A stretch of DNA of 64,000 nucleotides from Vicinamibacteria bacterium (GTDB lineage Bacteria > Acidobacteriota > Vicinamibacteria > Vicinamibacterales > JAENWD01), in the NCBI GenBank assembly GCA_963837165.1, contig CAWIMD010000002.1:1031029-1095028 (forward strand). Reading direction: 5' to 3'. A program made the position numbers and the translations under genes. Below are positions 63,162 through 64,000 of the stretch, in pieces (the first letter of the stretch is position 1; every line of letters starts with the position of its first letter). A model generated the notes under the pieces. It was not told where the DNA came from, made no database searches, and saw nothing but the letters and a program-made list of their open reading frames with translations.

Positions 63162-64000
63162 ATGATACTATCCGGGGAGGTTGCCCGTCAGGAGCCGTCT
63201 GCCGTGACTCACCCGGTGATCTCGCCCGCTGCACCGCCACTCACCCGCCTCAGCGAGGACGAACGGCTGTTCTACGACTCGGTGCTGGAGTTCGCGCGCC
63301 GGGAAATCGGCCCGCACGTGCGGGACATGGACGAGCGGGCGGCCTTCGCGCCGGAGTTGCTGCCCAAGCTCTTCGATCTGGGGGTGATGGGCGTCGAGGT
63401 GCCCGAACGGCTCGGCGGCGGCGGGGCGACGTTCTTCCATTCCGTGCTCGCGGTCGAGGCGCTGGCCCGGGTGGACGCGTCGGCTGCCGTGCTCGTGGAC
63501 GTGCAGAACACGCTCGTGATCAACGCCCTCCTCCGCTGGGGCACCGACGAGCAGAAGGACCGCCTCCTGAAGCCGCTGGCCGCCGACACCGTCGGGGCGT
63601 ACGCTCTGTCGGAGGCCGGATCCGGCAGCGACGCGTTCGCGCTCGAGACCCGCGCCGTGGAAGACGGCGACGCGTTCGCGCTCACGGGCCGCAAGCTGTG
63701 GATCACGAACGCGAAGGAGGCCGGCCTGTTCATCGTCTTCGGCACGGTGGATCCGGCGGCCGGCTACAAGGGCATCACCGCATTCCTCGTGGACCGCAAC
63801 TCGCCGGGGTTCAGCGTCGGACGCAAGGAAGACAAGCTCGGCATCCGCGCCAGCAGCACCTGCGAGCTCCTGCTCGAGGGCTGCCGGGTGCCGCGCAGCC
63901 ACGTGCTCGGCGCCGTCGGCAAAGGCTACAAGGTCGCGATCGAAACCCTCAACGAGGGCCGGATCGGCATCGGCGCCCAGATGGTCGGCATCGCGCAGGG
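63162..64000 (+). CDS. Acyl-CoA dehydrogenase, 3' end outside window
   Basis: Not in the ORF track because it has no stop. My own translation from 63162 (or GTG 63204) gives ...LSEDERLFYDSVLEFARREIGP...GAYALSEAGSGSDAFAL...LWITNAKEAG...GIRASSTCEL..., which are classic ACAD motifs. Confidence 0.85.
   Translation, partial: MILSGEVARQEPSAVTHPVISPAAPPLTRLSEDERLFYDSVLEFARREIGPHVRDMDERAAFAPELLPKLFDLGVMGVEVPERLGGGGATFFHSVLAVEALARVDASAAVLVDVQNTLVINALLRWGTDEQKDRLLKPLAADTVGAYALSEAGSGSDAFALETRAVEDGDAFALTGRKLWITNAKEAGLFIVFGTVDPAAGYKGITAFLVDRNSPGFSVGRKEDKLGIRASSTCELLLEGCRVPRSHVLGAVGKGYKVAIETLNEGRIGIGAQMVGIAQ

Noticed and set aside
63168-63902. The minus-strand 244-aa ORF from the track.
   Set aside because: The plus strand over the same region translates into an unmistakable acyl-CoA dehydrogenase that runs off the window end, which is why it is missing from the track.
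1-64000. tRNA, rRNA, tmRNA, integrase, transposase or prophage content.
   Set aside because: No cloverleaf-like or rRNA-like segments, and no recombinase or transposase-like ORFs, were found while reading both strands. A tRNAscan/Infernal run would be the decisive check.

Overview
GC-rich bacterial chromosomal segment. The gene content (acidobacterial-type VWFA proteins, PSCyt/DUF1549-DUF1553/DUF1501 genes) suggests Acidobacteriota or a related soil lineage, but this is inference only. I support about 55 protein-coding genes. I saw no rRNA, tRNA, CRISPR, transposase, integrase or phage genes.

Gene content by region:
- 0-15 kb: tightly packed housekeeping genes. These are argS, a YbbA/YbbP-type ABC exporter with an AttH/CrtC-like protein, and a translationally coupled valS-nadC-birA chain.
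- 15-19 kb: methylmalonyl-CoA mutase subunits and gdhA.
- 20.6-27.2 kb: an assimilatory sulfate-reduction cluster (sulfite reductase, cobA, sirC-like, sat/cysC, cysH, TauE).
- 28.6-29.3 kb: vapBC.
- 29.4-34 kb: secreted hydrolases.
- 34-41 kb: a LacI/ribose-type ABC/ribokinase cluster that lacks an ATPase gene.
- 42.7-53 kb: a GH2 gene plus a PPC-WD40/cytochrome-DUF1553-DUF1501 cluster.
- 53.5-57.3 kb: a cupredoxin/SDR/LarA-like/beta-propeller cluster.
- 57.3-64 kb: glpFK, pdxH, a large VWA protein, and an open-ended acyl-CoA dehydrogenase.

Three things are not explained by ordinary annotation:
1. There are 21 short tandem-repeat arrays (7-9 nt units, 4-15 copies, about 1.2 kb in total) in nine sequence families. 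Six families recur at unlinked loci. The arrays fill many intergenic spacers and form gene termini. Some are strictly oriented relative to the upstream gene, and one family is a tandem Shine-Dalgarno/ATG/TAG cassette.
2. A GTAG-plus-hairpin REP-like family has covarying stems, and three of its four copies are embedded in those arrays.
3. Six genes carry frame breaks or deletions: a response regulator, sulfite reductase, cobA, an HpcH aldolase remnant, GH2 and the PPC protein. These may be real decay or uncorrected assembly indels, and I cannot distinguish the two from sequence alone.

Most long antisense ORFs in the supplied track are GC-driven artefacts.
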